Assembly (NCBI GenBank): GCA_022784805.1
Contig: JALFYG010000019.1
Coordinates: 1-38,824 of the forward strand
Length of the DNA stretch: 38,824 nt
Direction: 5' to 3'
Source of the DNA: Spirochaetales bacterium
GTDB lineage: Bacteria > Spirochaetota > Spirochaetia > Sphaerochaetales > Sphaerochaetaceae
A program made the position numbers and the translations under genes. Positions 27,812-36,889 of the stretch are shown here, piece by piece. Positions within the stretch are counted from its first letter, which is position 1, and each line of letters begins with the position of its first letter. Under the pieces are notes generated by a model. It worked only from the letters and a program-made list of their open reading frames with translations, made no database searches and was not told where the DNA came from.

Positions 27812-29250
27812 CCCCCTGAAATCCGGTTAATTTGACTAAGGGGAATTCCGACTAATTTGTCCCTTTAAGCCTCCTCTTTGGTTCCTGCGGAGATATCCTT
27901 CAGCCTTATCTCAAGCGGTTTTCCAATATTCTCCATCAGACTCGTAACCATCGCCTTTGTACCTAAAAGTCTGTCCCTCCATCCCTTCGGGTCGCAGTGA
28001 GAAACCAGAATGGTACCGACATTGTTTGTCCTGTAGTCCAATACTTCCTTTATCATCAGCACACTTTTCTCATTCACTTCCGCATTAAGCCTGTGGTCGA
28101 TGATGAGCAGTTTCACCTCCCTCATCAGGGATAGGTCTGAACATATTGCATTCTCCCTTCTTTCACCCAAAGTGGGATTGAGGAAATGCGAGAGTTTCAC
28201 ATAGGTGCAGTTCTCCCCATCTCTGAATGCTATGTTCATGTCTTCCAGTGAATAGAAGGTGCAGTTCCTCAAAGGTGCATATATTTTTGTATATGCTGCA
28301 TTCACATTGCCTTCGACACGGGGCTTCTCCTTCGGGGAATAAGGAGAACAGGCGCTCACTTCCGCTCCATACGACCTTGCAAGCTCCTCAATGGAGGAGT
28401 TGAGTATCGCCCAATCAGTCCTGCTTCCCTTTATCATTCCGCTTTTCGTGCAGTCTGGAACCTAGATCGGCGCGACGGCACCGAAATAATCGCAGGCATC
28501 TATTATCGCATGCAGGAAAAGCTCCATCCCTTGGCTCCTCAACACCTTTACGAATGTAGCGTTGCTGTAGGTGAGAGTAGCTACGAATATTACACACTGC
28601 ACTTTCTTTTCCGTCTCCGTGTTTATATAGAAAACCGTGTCTCCTGCAAAGTCCAGCTCCATCCTTCTGCCAGGCTGCCTTCTTATATGGGAAATAAGCT
28701 GCTTCTCCTTAACCCACATATTGTAGGTATCGTAGAATACAGTCTTGCTCATGGCCTCCTTTCCCGCTCTTTCCACCTCAACTATGTACTCGGAGTAGAG
28801 GAGAGCCATGGTGGTGTGGTTTGAATCGGAGCATTTCGACCCCCATTTTGTAAGCTCTTCGTGTACTTTCGCCCAGTCTGCAGGATGGAAGTTCTTCTTT
28901 GACTTGCTCCTGGGATTCATCTTGGCCTTGAGGTCATCCTCCCCATAGTTCAGATATGCGTCAGGCAGCAAACTCAGCTTCTCAGCCTTTTCGATTATTC
29001 TCCTGACCGTCTTCTTCGTGGTCTAGAGGGACTCTGCAATATTTTTGTTGGTCTCCCCCCTGACATGCCGGTCAAGAACCGATTTGTAGGACAGTTTCAT
29101 CTTCGTCCTCCTTTGATGTAAGAATTCCCCCTTTTGGATCAGTGGGTTCTCTTACGATACCAAATCTGGAGTTTTTTTTAGCAAGGAAGAATTATCCGGA
29201 AATAGGATAGGTCCAATTAGTCGGAATCGAGGGGGTACTTTCAGCGGAGC
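27812..29250 (-). mobile_element. Decayed IS21-family insertion sequence (ends approximate)
   Basis: 13-nt perfect inverted repeat ATTCCGACTAATT (27845-27857 versus reverse complement of 29215-29227). Second repeat type: TCCGGTTAATT (27822-27832) versus reverse complement of 29190-29200 (TCCGGATAATT). Two subterminal repeats per end is typical of IS21. The element encloses istA/istB remnants. Confidence 0.6.
27865..29100 (-). pseudogene. istA-istB fusion pseudogene (IS21 transposase plus helper ATPase remnants)
   Basis: The HTH N-terminus (ATG 29100) is stopped by an in-frame TAG at 29025-29023. The DDE-integrase part is 28971-28462. A frameshift lies near 28440-28465. The IstA C-terminal part (SPYSPKEKPRVEG) then runs directly into an IstB C-terminus (KLLIIDH...ILVSHCDPKGW...), so about 1 kb has been deleted. 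Confidence 0.75.
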
Positions 29251-29454
29251 AGGTTTACTTTATTATATACTGTATCAAGAAATGAGACTGCGTCCTTTTT
29301 TCATTCGTTTATAGCCCTTCTTCAGAAGAGAGAAGGTTATAAGATGAATCTTTCACTAGAAGGAGGATACTGCTCGTTATAATCATCCCATGTAGTAGAA
29401 GATTTTCTCTTTCGCTATTGCAAGATGGGGCCATTACTATAATAATTTATCTAT

Positions 29455-30270
29455 ATGGAAAGAATCAGATTAGTATGCTGTGACTTGGATGGAACTCTTC
29501 TTAATGATGATAAATCTATCAGTAAAGAGAATATCAAGTGGGTTAGAAAACTTAAAGAAGAGAAGAATATACCCTTCGTAATTGTTTCAGGTAGATTTTA
29601 TCCATCTGTAAAACGCATTTCTGATGCTCTTTCAGTTACAGGCCCCCTTTCTTGTGTAAACGGTGCCCTTCTTTATGATGAAAGGGGAAATGAAATCAAA
29701 AGTCATACGCTTCCATTAGAGACAGCGCAGAAAGTCTATTCTCTCTCTAATTGTTTTAATGTGGAAATGCTCTCTGTATATGGAAAAGAGTGGGCATTGG
29801 AGAGTAGGAACGGATATCTCTTTAAGAAAAAGAAGCCCATCTATATTACAGATGGAACCCTCTGTAGCTTTGATGACACCCTCGGTTGTATTCCTATGAA
29901 TAAGCTTCTCTTCATGGCAGAAGAGGAAGAAGAGTTAAGAGGGCTTGAATGTATTATAAGAAAAGAAATTGGAGATGATGTCTCATATTACGCCGGCTCA
30001 GATTTCTTGGAGATAATGCCTCGTAACACAAACAAAGGTCAAGCAATCAAAGATCTCTCATCTTTATTATCAATTCCGTTATCTGAAATAATGGTTATCG
30101 GGGATGATAACAATGACATCGAAATGCTGAATTTGTCTGGAGTATCCGTGGTAATGGAAAATGCAGATGATAAGATAAAAATGCTAGGGGATTACATTAC
30201 TGCTCGAAACAACGATAATGGAGTTGCCCATGCAATCAAACACTTTTGGGAGGATATAAAGAATGACTAA
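29455..30270 (+). CDS. Cof-type HAD-IIB sugar phosphatase
   Basis: Motif I CCDLDGTLLN and motif IV GDDNNDIEML. Length 271 aa. Confidence 0.9.
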   Translation: MERIRLVCCDLDGTLLNDDKSISKENIKWVRKLKEEKNIPFVIVSGRFYPSVKRISDALSVTGPLSCVNGALLYDERGNEIKSHTLPLETAQKVYSLSNCFNVEMLSVYGKEWALESRNGYLFKKKKPIYITDGTLCSFDDTLGCIPMNKLLFMAEEEEELRGLECIIRKEIGDDVSYYAGSDFLEIMPRNTNKGQAIKDLSSLLSIPLSEIMVIGDDNNDIEMLNLSGVSVVMENADDKIKMLGDYITARNNDNGVAHAIKHFWEDIKND

Positions 30271-31039
30271 CGCGGAAAGAAAACAGATGATTTTGGAAAT
30301 GGTATCCAGAAACAAAAGTGTTCAGATAACAGATTTGGTGAAACAGTTCGATGTTTCTGTTATGACAATAAGACGGGATTTGGCTGAACTGGAAGATAAG
30401 AAATACATCAAACGGGTCTATGGTGGAGCAGTTCTTAATGAAGAAGAACTTAATAAACCATATTTTCCCAGAGCAGAAATAAACAGCTATATAAAAGATG
30501 AAATAGCCAAGACTGCATCAAATCTTGTAGAGAGTGATGATACAATCATTCTTGATTTAGGTACTACTGTCCTACAGGTATCAAAGCATTTGGGTGGAAA
30601 GAAAAACATATATGTAATTACATGTTCTATTCCTGTAATCAACGAACTGGAGAAGTATCCCAATGTCAACGTTATTTCTTTAGGGGGCGAACTGAGAAGA
30701 GATAACCATGCTTTTCTAGGCAGCACTACTGAGACAGAAATTGAGAAATACTGCGCAGACATAGCATTTATCGGAGTGGCCGGCATTTCTTTTGAGTTCG
30801 GTCTTACCAACTATTATCATCAGACAGCTTCATTATGCAAAAAGATCATCAAACAATCTAAGAAAGTTGTGCTTCTTGCAGACTCCAGTAAATTTGGAAA
30901 AGCCAAACCGGCAATTGTAGGGAAACTTAATGACATCGATGCCATTGTTACAGATGATGGAATACCTGAAGACTACAAAGACTATTTTGCTAAAAACGAC
31001 ATTGAAGTCATAATGGTAAAGAATAAGAAAATTGAATAA
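30263..31039 (+). CDS. DeoR-family transcriptional regulator
   Basis: N-terminal HTH VQITDLVKQFDVSVMTIRRDLAELE and a DeoR-C sugar-phosphate sensor domain. 8-nt overlap with the HAD gene. Confidence 0.9.
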   Translation: MTNAERKQMILEMVSRNKSVQITDLVKQFDVSVMTIRRDLAELEDKKYIKRVYGGAVLNEEELNKPYFPRAEINSYIKDEIAKTASNLVESDDTIILDLGTTVLQVSKHLGGKKNIYVITCSIPVINELEKYPNVNVISLGGELRRDNHAFLGSTTETEIEKYCADIAFIGVAGISFEFGLTNYYHQTASLCKKIIKQSKKVVLLADSSKFGKAKPAIVGKLNDIDAIVTDDGIPEDYKDYFAKNDIEVIMVKNKKIE

Positions 31040-31097
31040 TTTTCAATCATAAGTTTTACATCAAAATAAACATTTTATTAAAAACCGAACAAAAAGT

Positions 31098-31126
31098 TTG
31101 ACAGATTGTGTTCTCGATTATACCAT
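31098..31126 (+). promoter_or_regulatory. Candidate promoter of the ABC importer operon
   Basis: -35 TTGACA (31098-31103), 17-nt spacer, -10 TACCAT (31121-31126). SD GGAGG 31141-31145. Confidence 0.4.
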
Positions 31127-31149
31127 TCTATTGGTATCTTGGAGGACAT

Positions 31150-32268
31150 ATGAGAAAAAACATAACAATCAAACATGCTGTTAAGAAGTATGGTCAGAAT
31201 ACAATCATTCCTGATTTGAATTTGAAAGTTAAGGAAGGAGAGTTCTTTACCCTTCTCGGACCTTCCGGATGTGGCAAAACTACGCTCTTAAGAATGATTG
31301 CAGGTTTCAACTCCATTGAAGGTGGTGATTTCTATTTCAATGAAACAAGAATCAACGACATGGATCCTTCCAAGAGAAACATTGGTATGGTGTTTCAGAA
31401 CTATGCCATTTTCCCAAACATGACAGTAAGAAAGAATGTTGAATTTGGGCTAAAGAACAGAAAGCTCCCTAAGGATACGGTCAGGGCACAGGCAGAACAC
31501 TTCATGAAGCTCATGCATGTATACGAATATGCAGATAGACTCCCAGAAAGATTATCTGGTGGCCAACAACAGCGTGTTGCACTTGCAAGAGCTCTTGCAA
31601 TCGAACCTGAAGTTTTGTTAATGGATGAGCCATTGTCCAACTTGGATGCAAAACTCAGAGTCGAGATGAGATCTGTCATCAAAGAAATACAGAACAAAGT
31701 TGGAATTACAACAGTCTATGTTACTCATGACCAGGAAGAGGCAATGGCTGTCTCCGATCGAATCGCTGTCATGAATCAAGGTGTCATACAGCACATTGGA
31801 ACTCCAAAGAATATCTACCAGAGACCTGCAAATTTATTTGTTGCAACATTTATCGGAAGAACAAATGTAGTAAAAGCAAAATTGGAAGTAGTGGAAGGTA
31901 AGTCATTCCTTCATTTCAGCTGCGGTTACAAGACAGAAATCAACGGTGTCAGAAAAGAGATGATGAAGAATCAAGATGTAGTTGTTTCTGTTCGACCAGA
32001 GGAATATAGGCTCACTACAGAAAATGTGGATGGAATCGACGCTACAGTCCGCGACTGCGTCTTCTTAGGTCTTAACACTCACTATTTCGTCACTCTATCA
32101 ACAGGAGAGGAAGCTGAGATTATTCAGGAATCCACCATCGATTCCATCATCGAGAAGGGAACAAAAATCAGACTCACCATAAATACGGAGAAAGTGAATG
32201 TTTTCAACAGTGACGGTAGTGAAAACATTCTCTATGGCGTACTCAACGATAAGAATGAAGAGGCATAA
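31150..32268 (+). CDS. ABC transporter ATP-binding protein (FbpC/PotA/AfuC type)
   Basis: Track ORF (GTG 31108) trimmed to ATG 31150. Motifs GPSGCGKTT, LSGGQQQRVALARAL, LLMDEPLSNLD. C-terminal TOBE-like extension. Confidence 0.93.
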   Translation: MRKNITIKHAVKKYGQNTIIPDLNLKVKEGEFFTLLGPSGCGKTTLLRMIAGFNSIEGGDFYFNETRINDMDPSKRNIGMVFQNYAIFPNMTVRKNVEFGLKNRKLPKDTVRAQAEHFMKLMHVYEYADRLPERLSGGQQQRVALARALAIEPEVLLMDEPLSNLDAKLRVEMRSVIKEIQNKVGITTVYVTHDQEEAMAVSDRIAVMNQGVIQHIGTPKNIYQRPANLFVATFIGRTNVVKAKLEVVEGKSFLHFSCGYKTEINGVRKEMMKNQDVVVSVRPEEYRLTTENVDGIDATVRDCVFLGLNTHYFVTLSTGEEAEIIQESTIDSIIEKGTKIRLTINTEKVNVFNSDGSENILYGVLNDKNEEA

Positions 32269-32269
32269 T

Positions 32270-33928
32270 ATGACAAAAAGACATAAGGCAGATATTTGGT
32301 CTATTGTATCGATAATTCTTTTCCTGTTGTTTATGGTCTTCCTCATTTATCCTCTGTTTGGGATAATGAAACAGTCTGTAATAGGAAGCGACGGTTCATT
32401 TTCATTTTCACAGTTTAAGAAGTTCTTTTCCCAGAAGTATTACACCAACACTATTTCCAATAGCATAAAAGTGACGTTGGCTGTTACACTATGTTCTCTT
32501 TTAGTTGGAATACCGATGTCATATTTCTATTCCTTCTATAAACTTAAGCTTTCCAAGCTTATCTTTACCATCAGTATTCTCTGCTGCATGAGTGCTCCTT
32601 TCTTGGGTGCATACTCTTGGATTCTACTTCTTGGAAGAAGTGGAGTAATTACTTCTTTTTTCAAGAATACTTTTGGAATAAACATTGGTAACATATACGG
32701 TTTTGGAGGGATACTACTTGTCCAAACATTGAAGTTTTTCCCGTTGGTATTCATCTATATGAATGGTGCCTTTAAAAACATCGACAACTCATTGATGGAA
32801 GCATCTGCGAATATGGGATGCACAGGAATAAAAAGACTATTTACAGTTGTCCTAAGCCTAGTAATGCCAACAGTCCTTGCCGCTTCTCTTCTTGTATTCA
32901 TGAGGGCTTTTGCCGACTTTGGAACTCCTGTGGTCATTGGAGAAGGCTACATGACATTTCCTGTCCTTATCTATAGAGAGTTTGTAAATGAAAACGGAGC
33001 TGACTTCGGCTTTGCTTCAGCTATTTCTGTAATAGCAATCATAGTCACTGCTTTGGTGTTCCTTTTACAGAAATGGGCTACAAGAAAGTTCAGTTACTCT
33101 ATCAATTCACTCCATCCAGTGGAGAAGAAGGAAGCAAAGGGAATTGGTGGCGTATTGATGCATATCTACTGCTATGCAGTATGTATTATTGCATTCCTTC
33201 CACAGGTATATATCATTTATCTTTCATTTAGAAAGACAAATGCAGCAGGAACAATATTCCTCGATGGCTTCTCTCTTGGCAGCTATAAAGCAGCAATGAA
33301 TAGACTCCTTATGAGATCTATGACAAACACAATCAAACTTGGTGTTCTGGCTCTCATAATCATCATCGCTGTTGCTATTATGATCGCTTATCTTACAGTA
33401 AGAAGAAAGAACCTTCTGAATGACACCATTGATACTTTCTCCATGATTCCATACATCATGCCAGGTGTCGTAATCGGCATAGCTCTTCTTACTGCCTTCG
33501 GAAAGAAACCTTTCAAACTAACGGGGACTTTCACCATCATGCTTTTGGCTGTAGTAATACGTCGTCTGCCTTATACGATAAGAAGTGCTACGGCTACTTT
33601 GGCTCAGATTCCTATGAGCATCGAGGAAGCCTCAATAAGTCTTGGAGCTTCAAAGTTCAAGACTCTGACAAGAATTACAGTGCCAATGATGAGTAATGGA
33701 ATAATGTCTGGAGCAATTCTTAGTTGGGTTGCAATCCTTACAGAGGTCTCCAGTGCAATCATCCTATACAACAATAAGAGTATTACCATGACAATCTCTG
33801 CATACGTTGCCATAAGCAGAGGAAACGACGGTATGGCTGCAGCTTTTGCTGCGATACTGACCGTCATGACAATAATCTCGCTATTGATTTTCCTTAAGGT
33901 AAGTAAATCGGAAGACATAAAGCTATAA
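32270..33928 (+). CDS. ABC transporter permease with two fused MetI-like domains (FbpB/AfuB/ThiP type)
   Basis: Trimmed to ATG 32270 (TAATATG junction with the ATPase stop). About 12 TM segments in two homologous halves. Confidence 0.88.
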   Translation: MTKRHKADIWSIVSIILFLLFMVFLIYPLFGIMKQSVIGSDGSFSFSQFKKFFSQKYYTNTISNSIKVTLAVTLCSLLVGIPMSYFYSFYKLKLSKLIFTISILCCMSAPFLGAYSWILLLGRSGVITSFFKNTFGINIGNIYGFGGILLVQTLKFFPLVFIYMNGAFKNIDNSLMEASANMGCTGIKRLFTVVLSLVMPTVLAASLLVFMRAFADFGTPVVIGEGYMTFPVLIYREFVNENGADFGFASAISVIAIIVTALVFLLQKWATRKFSYSINSLHPVEKKEAKGIGGVLMHIYCYAVCIIAFLPQVYIIYLSFRKTNAAGTIFLDGFSLGSYKAAMNRLLMRSMTNTIKLGVLALIIIIAVAIMIAYLTVRRKNLLNDTIDTFSMIPYIMPGVVIGIALLTAFGKKPFKLTGTFTIMLLAVVIRRLPYTIRSATATLAQIPMSIEEASISLGASKFKTLTRITVPMMSNGIMSGAILSWVAILTEVSSAIILYNNKSITMTISAYVAISRGNDGMAAAFAAILTVMTIISLLIFLKVSKSEDIKL

Positions 33929-33950
33929 AAACAAAAAAAAGGAGAAATAT

Positions 33951-34988
33951 ATGAAAAAACTAGGAATCGTTTTGTTGTTGGCAGTTTTTACCCTCTCGTT
34001 TGTATTTGCAAATGGAGCCAAAGAGGAGTCAACCACAAATAGTGGAGTAGGCGATGCTCTCGTCATCTACACTTCTAATACAGAAGCGGAAATTGCAGCT
34101 ATGACTGCTCCATTTATGAAGCTCTATCCAGATTGTGAGATTGAGATTGTAAATGGAAGCTTCGGAGAGCTCTTTGCTCGCCTTCAAGCAGAAAAAGATG
34201 ATCCAGTGGCAGACATCATGCTTGGCGGTCTCTCATCTACAGATGGAAGAAAGTATGAATCCTATTTCATGCCTTATACATCCAGCCATAATGATGAGCA
34301 GATTTCACCTATGACCAATGGTTATTACAGTGTCTATGGCATGAGCACAGCTTGCTTTGCTGTAAATACAAGGCTTGAAAAAGAACTTGGTCTTAACATC
34401 CGCACATATGAAGATCTCCTTAACCCAGCCCTCAAGGGAAAGATAATCTTCTCTGATCCAAATAGCTCTTCAGCAGCTTGGAACAATCTCTGTAATATTT
34501 TCTCTGTCTATGGCGTCGATACTCCTGAAGCTTGGTCAATCATTGAAGGCTTGATGAGAAACGGCATGGTTGTTGGTTCTTCATCTTCAAAGTGCTTCAA
34601 GGATGTTGCAAATGGTGAGTATGTTGTTGGAATCACCTATGACAATGGTGCTGTAACTATGCTTGGTGCCCCTGATTATGAGATGCGCTATCCAGAGAAT
34701 GGAACAAGTGGAAAGGATTCCTGTTTTGCAATTATCGCTAATTGTAAGCATCCTGAAGCTGCAAAGGCATTTGTTGAAGCAATGACAAGCCAGGAAGGAA
34801 CTGAATTGATGTATTCGATGTATGGTGGTGTCAGATTCACAAACGCAAAGGTCACGGAGCCTGATACTTTCCAACTTGGAAAGACAAAGGATATCAAGTG
34901 GGTTGATAGACCTGTAGAGGAACTTACAGAGAGAAAGGATGAACTTCTTGCAAAGTGGAACGACCTCTATTCTAAGATCTATAAGTAA
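33951..34988 (+). CDS. ABC transporter substrate-binding protein (FbpA/AfuA/PhnS/ThiB-type cluster)
   Basis: 345 aa. Signal peptide MKKLGIVLLLAVFTLSFVFANGAKEE. SD GGAGA 33941-33945. Last gene of the transporter set. Confidence 0.85.
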   Translation: MKKLGIVLLLAVFTLSFVFANGAKEESTTNSGVGDALVIYTSNTEAEIAAMTAPFMKLYPDCEIEIVNGSFGELFARLQAEKDDPVADIMLGGLSSTDGRKYESYFMPYTSSHNDEQISPMTNGYYSVYGMSTACFAVNTRLEKELGLNIRTYEDLLNPALKGKIIFSDPNSSSAAWNNLCNIFSVYGVDTPEAWSIIEGLMRNGMVVGSSSSKCFKDVANGEYVVGITYDNGAVTMLGAPDYEMRYPENGTSGKDSCFAIIANCKHPEAAKAFVEAMTSQEGTELMYSMYGGVRFTNAKVTEPDTFQLGKTKDIKWVDRPVEELTERKDELLAKWNDLYSKIYK

Positions 34989-34999
34989 AAAAATTGACA

Positions 35000-35023
35000 G
35001 GGGATTGCCCTGCGGCAGTCCCC
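35000..35023 (+). other. 10-bp GC-rich stem-loop between the SBP gene and gnd (no U-tract)
   Basis: GGGGATTGCC (35000-35009), loop CTGC, GGCAGTCCCC (35014-35023) with one G-U pair. It is followed by AAATTG. Confidence 0.55.
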
Positions 35024-35059
35024 AAATTGCCCTCAAATCTAATATTAATGGAAGAAAAA

Positions 35060-36514
35060 ATGTCAAAAAAAGCAGATATAGGATTAATTGGTCTTGCCGT
35101 AATGGGTGAGAATCTGGTGATGAATATGGAATCAAAGGGGTTTAGTGTAGCCGTCTACAATAGAACTCTTGATAAGGTCGATGCTTTTATTAATGGAAGA
35201 GGAAAGGGAAAAAACATTATTGGAACACATTCCATCGAGGAACTTTGTGCTTCTCTTTCGAGACCGAGAAAAGTGATTATTCTGGTTAAGGCTGGAAATC
35301 CTGTAGATGCTTATATTGATAGTCTTCTTAAATATCTGGATGAAGGGGATGTGATTATCGACAGTGGAAACAGCAATTACACTGATACAATTCGGAGAAC
35401 AAAGTACGTAGAAGATAAAGGTCTCTATTATGTAGGAATGGGAATCTCCGGAGGAGAAGAGGGCGCCTTAAAAGGCCCAAGTATGATGCCGGGAGGATCT
35501 GAAAAGGCATGGCCTTTAGTAAAACCAATTCTTCAGGCTGTGGCCGCCAAAGTGGATGATGGAACTCCATGTTGTGACTGGGTGGGACAAGATGGAGCTG
35601 GTCATTTTGTCAAAATGGTTCACAACGGCATTGAATATGGAGATATGCAGCTTATTGCTGAATCGTATAGTTTGATGAAGAATCTCCTGGGAATGACAGC
35701 AGATGAAATGCATAAGGTCTTTTCTGAATGGAATAAGACGGAATTAGATAGCTATCTGATTGGTATAACTGCAGAAATACTAAATAAGAAAGATGATGAC
35801 GGATTACCGTTGGTCGACAAAATACTAGATTCTGCGGGGCAGAAAGGGACTGGCAAATGGACAGGTATAACAGCCTTGGAAGAAGGTGTACCTTTGACAC
35901 TGATTTCGGAAGCAGTGTTTGCCAGATGTCTTTCATCCATGAAAAATGAAAGAGTCGAAGCCGGCAAAGAATATAGAATAGAAAGAAAACCACTTGAGTG
36001 TAATAAAAACGAGATGGTGGAAGATATAAGAAAAGCTTTATTGGCATCTAAGATTATTTCTTATGCCCAAGGCTATGCATTGTTGCGTTCTGCAGCTTCT
36101 TCCTATGGCTGGAAGCTAAACTATGGGGGGATTGCATTAATGTGGCGAGGAGGATGCATCATAAGATCTACATTCCTTGGAAAAATAAAGGAAGCCTTTG
36201 ATCGTAATCCTGAGATTACAAATTTGCTCTTGGATCCTTATTTCAAGAACATGATGGATACGCTGATTCCTTCATGGAGAAGGGTAGTGTCTGCATCAGC
36301 CCTTTCCGGTATTTCAATCCCTGCTTTCTCATCTGCCCTTAGTTATTTTGACGGTTACACGACAGAGACTCTACCAGCTAATCTGATCCAAGCTCAGCGC
36401 GATTTCTTTGGTGCACACACATATGAAAGAATAGATGCTGAAAGAGGCAGATTCTTCCATACTAATTGGACAGGAGAGGGTGGAACTACGGCCGCAACAA
36501 CATACTCTGTATGA
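35060..36514 (+). CDS. gnd: 6-phosphogluconate dehydrogenase, decarboxylating
   Basis: Track ORF (TTG 34994) trimmed to ATG 35060. MSKKADIGLIGLAVMGENLVMNMESKGF parallels the E. coli Gnd N-terminus. Signature GHFVKMVHNGIEYGDMQLI. Confidence 0.95.
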   Translation: MSKKADIGLIGLAVMGENLVMNMESKGFSVAVYNRTLDKVDAFINGRGKGKNIIGTHSIEELCASLSRPRKVIILVKAGNPVDAYIDSLLKYLDEGDVIIDSGNSNYTDTIRRTKYVEDKGLYYVGMGISGGEEGALKGPSMMPGGSEKAWPLVKPILQAVAAKVDDGTPCCDWVGQDGAGHFVKMVHNGIEYGDMQLIAESYSLMKNLLGMTADEMHKVFSEWNKTELDSYLIGITAEILNKKDDDGLPLVDKILDSAGQKGTGKWTGITALEEGVPLTLISEAVFARCLSSMKNERVEAGKEYRIERKPLECNKNEMVEDIRKALLASKIISYAQGYALLRSAASSYGWKLNYGGIALMWRGGCIIRSTFLGKIKEAFDRNPEITNLLLDPYFKNMMDTLIPSWRRVVSASALSGISIPAFSSALSYFDGYTTETLPANLIQAQRDFFGAHTYERIDAERGRFFHTNWTGEGGTTAATTYSV

Positions 36515-36889
36515 AGACTGAGATGTATCACAGCAAGAATCTTTTCATTTATATCTAAATGAATAGCATTCTTGGTGCTATTGGTATTGTCTTCAGACAA
36601 AAATACGGGTACAAGCAAAAAGATAAGATCTAAGAATAGGGATACCTTAACCAGATTTAGTTTATTTTTCTGCAACCTAGAATAACAGTATGCCATCCAT
36701 ATGCTTAAAGTAGAGGCAACATTGGTTTGAGTATCTAATCATGGTAAAACTATATAAAGGCTTAAAATTCTTTGAGTTGAGAGTGGTATTGGAATAGAGG
36801 CCATGCCTATTGTCAGGTAAAAGACTCAATCAGCTTTGAATAGTTTTGACAAGTTTGCAATGCTTGAAGTCTCTGTGCTATCCCCATTT

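Noticed and set aside
27812-27821. CCCCCTGAAA at the left IS flank versus GGGGGTACTTTCAG (29231-29244) at the right flank, considered as terminal inverted repeats or a target duplication
   Set aside because: The two half-words occur in swapped order, so they form neither a proper inverted repeat nor a direct repeat. The true IS termini remain undefined.
29418-29443. Perfect TATAAT (29438-29443) 11 nt before the HAD phosphatase ATG, considered as a leaderless-mRNA promoter
   Set aside because: The only TTG-type -35 (TTGCAA 29418-29423) is 14 nt away, which is too short. The idea cannot be supported without transcription start mapping.
34994-35059. TTG-initiated N-terminal extension of gnd
   Set aside because: The extension translates the 10-bp hairpin. 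ATG 35060 reproduces the canonical Gnd N-terminus MSKK..IG.IGLAVMG.
34587-35135. 182-aa minus-strand ORF spanning the SBP/gnd junction
   Set aside because: It is antisense to two strongly supported CDSs and has no recognisable motif. It also reads through the intergenic hairpin.
35652-36047. 131-aa minus-strand ORF inside gnd
   Set aside because: It is antisense to gnd, and its Leu/Ser/Pro-rich composition is typical of shadow ORFs.
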